Origin: Clostridia bacterium
Lineage (GTDB): Bacteria > Bacillota > Clostridia > Christensenellales > Aristaeellaceae
Assembly (NCBI GenBank): GCA_024404275.1
Contig: JAKSQG010000023.1
Coordinates: 1 to 16,538, forward strand
Length of the DNA: 16,538 nt
Reading direction: 5' to 3'
The position numbers and the translations under genes are program-made. Below, piece by piece: positions 16,356 to 16,538 of the stretch. Every line of letters begins with the position of its first letter. Within the stretch, counting starts at the first letter, position 1. The notes beneath the pieces were generated by a model. That model was not told the DNA's origin and did not search any database. It saw only the letters and a program-made list of their open reading frames with translations.

Positions 16356-16538
16356 ATGTTTGGTATTGTATTGATTTCGATCGTTGCAGCCCTGCTGACC
16401 GGTGCAGCCAAGTGGCGCATTTTTCAAAAGATGGGTTTTGAAGGCTGGAAAAGCCTCATTCCCTTCTACAATGACTATCTGATGTTCAAGGGCGTATACC
16501 ACAAACGGATGCTCTTTTTTTATTCATTTAACAGGTGA
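16356..16538 (+). CDS. Small membrane protein, DUF5684-like N-terminus (60 codons as read)
   Basis: The RBS AGGAGG lies 8 nt before the ATG at 16356. MFGIVLISIVAALLTGAAKWRIFQKMGFEGWKSLIPFYN resembles the KW-IF-K-G-GW--IP-N signature. The TGA falls at the last three bases of the window. Confidence 0.55.
   Translation: MFGIVLISIVAALLTGAAKWRIFQKMGFEGWKSLIPFYNDYLMFKGVYHKRMLFFYSFNR

Noticed and set aside
1-16538. CRISPR arrays, IS or transposon ends, integrases, prophage or defence-island genes
   Set aside because: No spaced direct repeats, terminal inverted repeats or recombinase-like ORFs were found by eye. The gene content is housekeeping and transport.

Overview
GC-rich, Firmicutes/Clostridia-style chromosomal segment (AGGAGG-type RBSs, tRNAs with encoded CCA), mostly housekeeping or transport genes. 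I support 14 CDS and a 5-tRNA operon. Plus strand: a partial serine hydrolase, a polytopic-membrane/PlsC-like acyltransferase fusion, ansA-uvrA, and an XRE-TM regulator followed by three small membrane proteins. Minus strand: a secreted beta-helix protein, MATE efflux, GNAT, tRNA Val-Asp-Phe-Gly-Cys, and an FbpABC-like ABC importer in the order ATPase-permease-binding protein. No CRISPR array, mobile element or obvious defence island was seen. The main signal is a coding anomaly. Five in-frame TAG codons interrupt four otherwise intact, conserved genes: the hydrolase, the acyltransferase (twice), the ABC ATPase and uvrA. Conserved protein sequence continues in the same frame after every TAG. 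None of the 14 CDS ends in TAG (8 TAA, 6 TGA), and there are no frameshifts or in-frame TAA/TGA. The best reading is that TAG is a rare sense codon in this organism. Glu is a tentative candidate amino acid. The competing explanation is a systematic G-to-T consensus error at GAG. No tRNA with a CUA anticodon lies in the local tRNA cluster, so the decoding machinery must be sought elsewhere in the genome.
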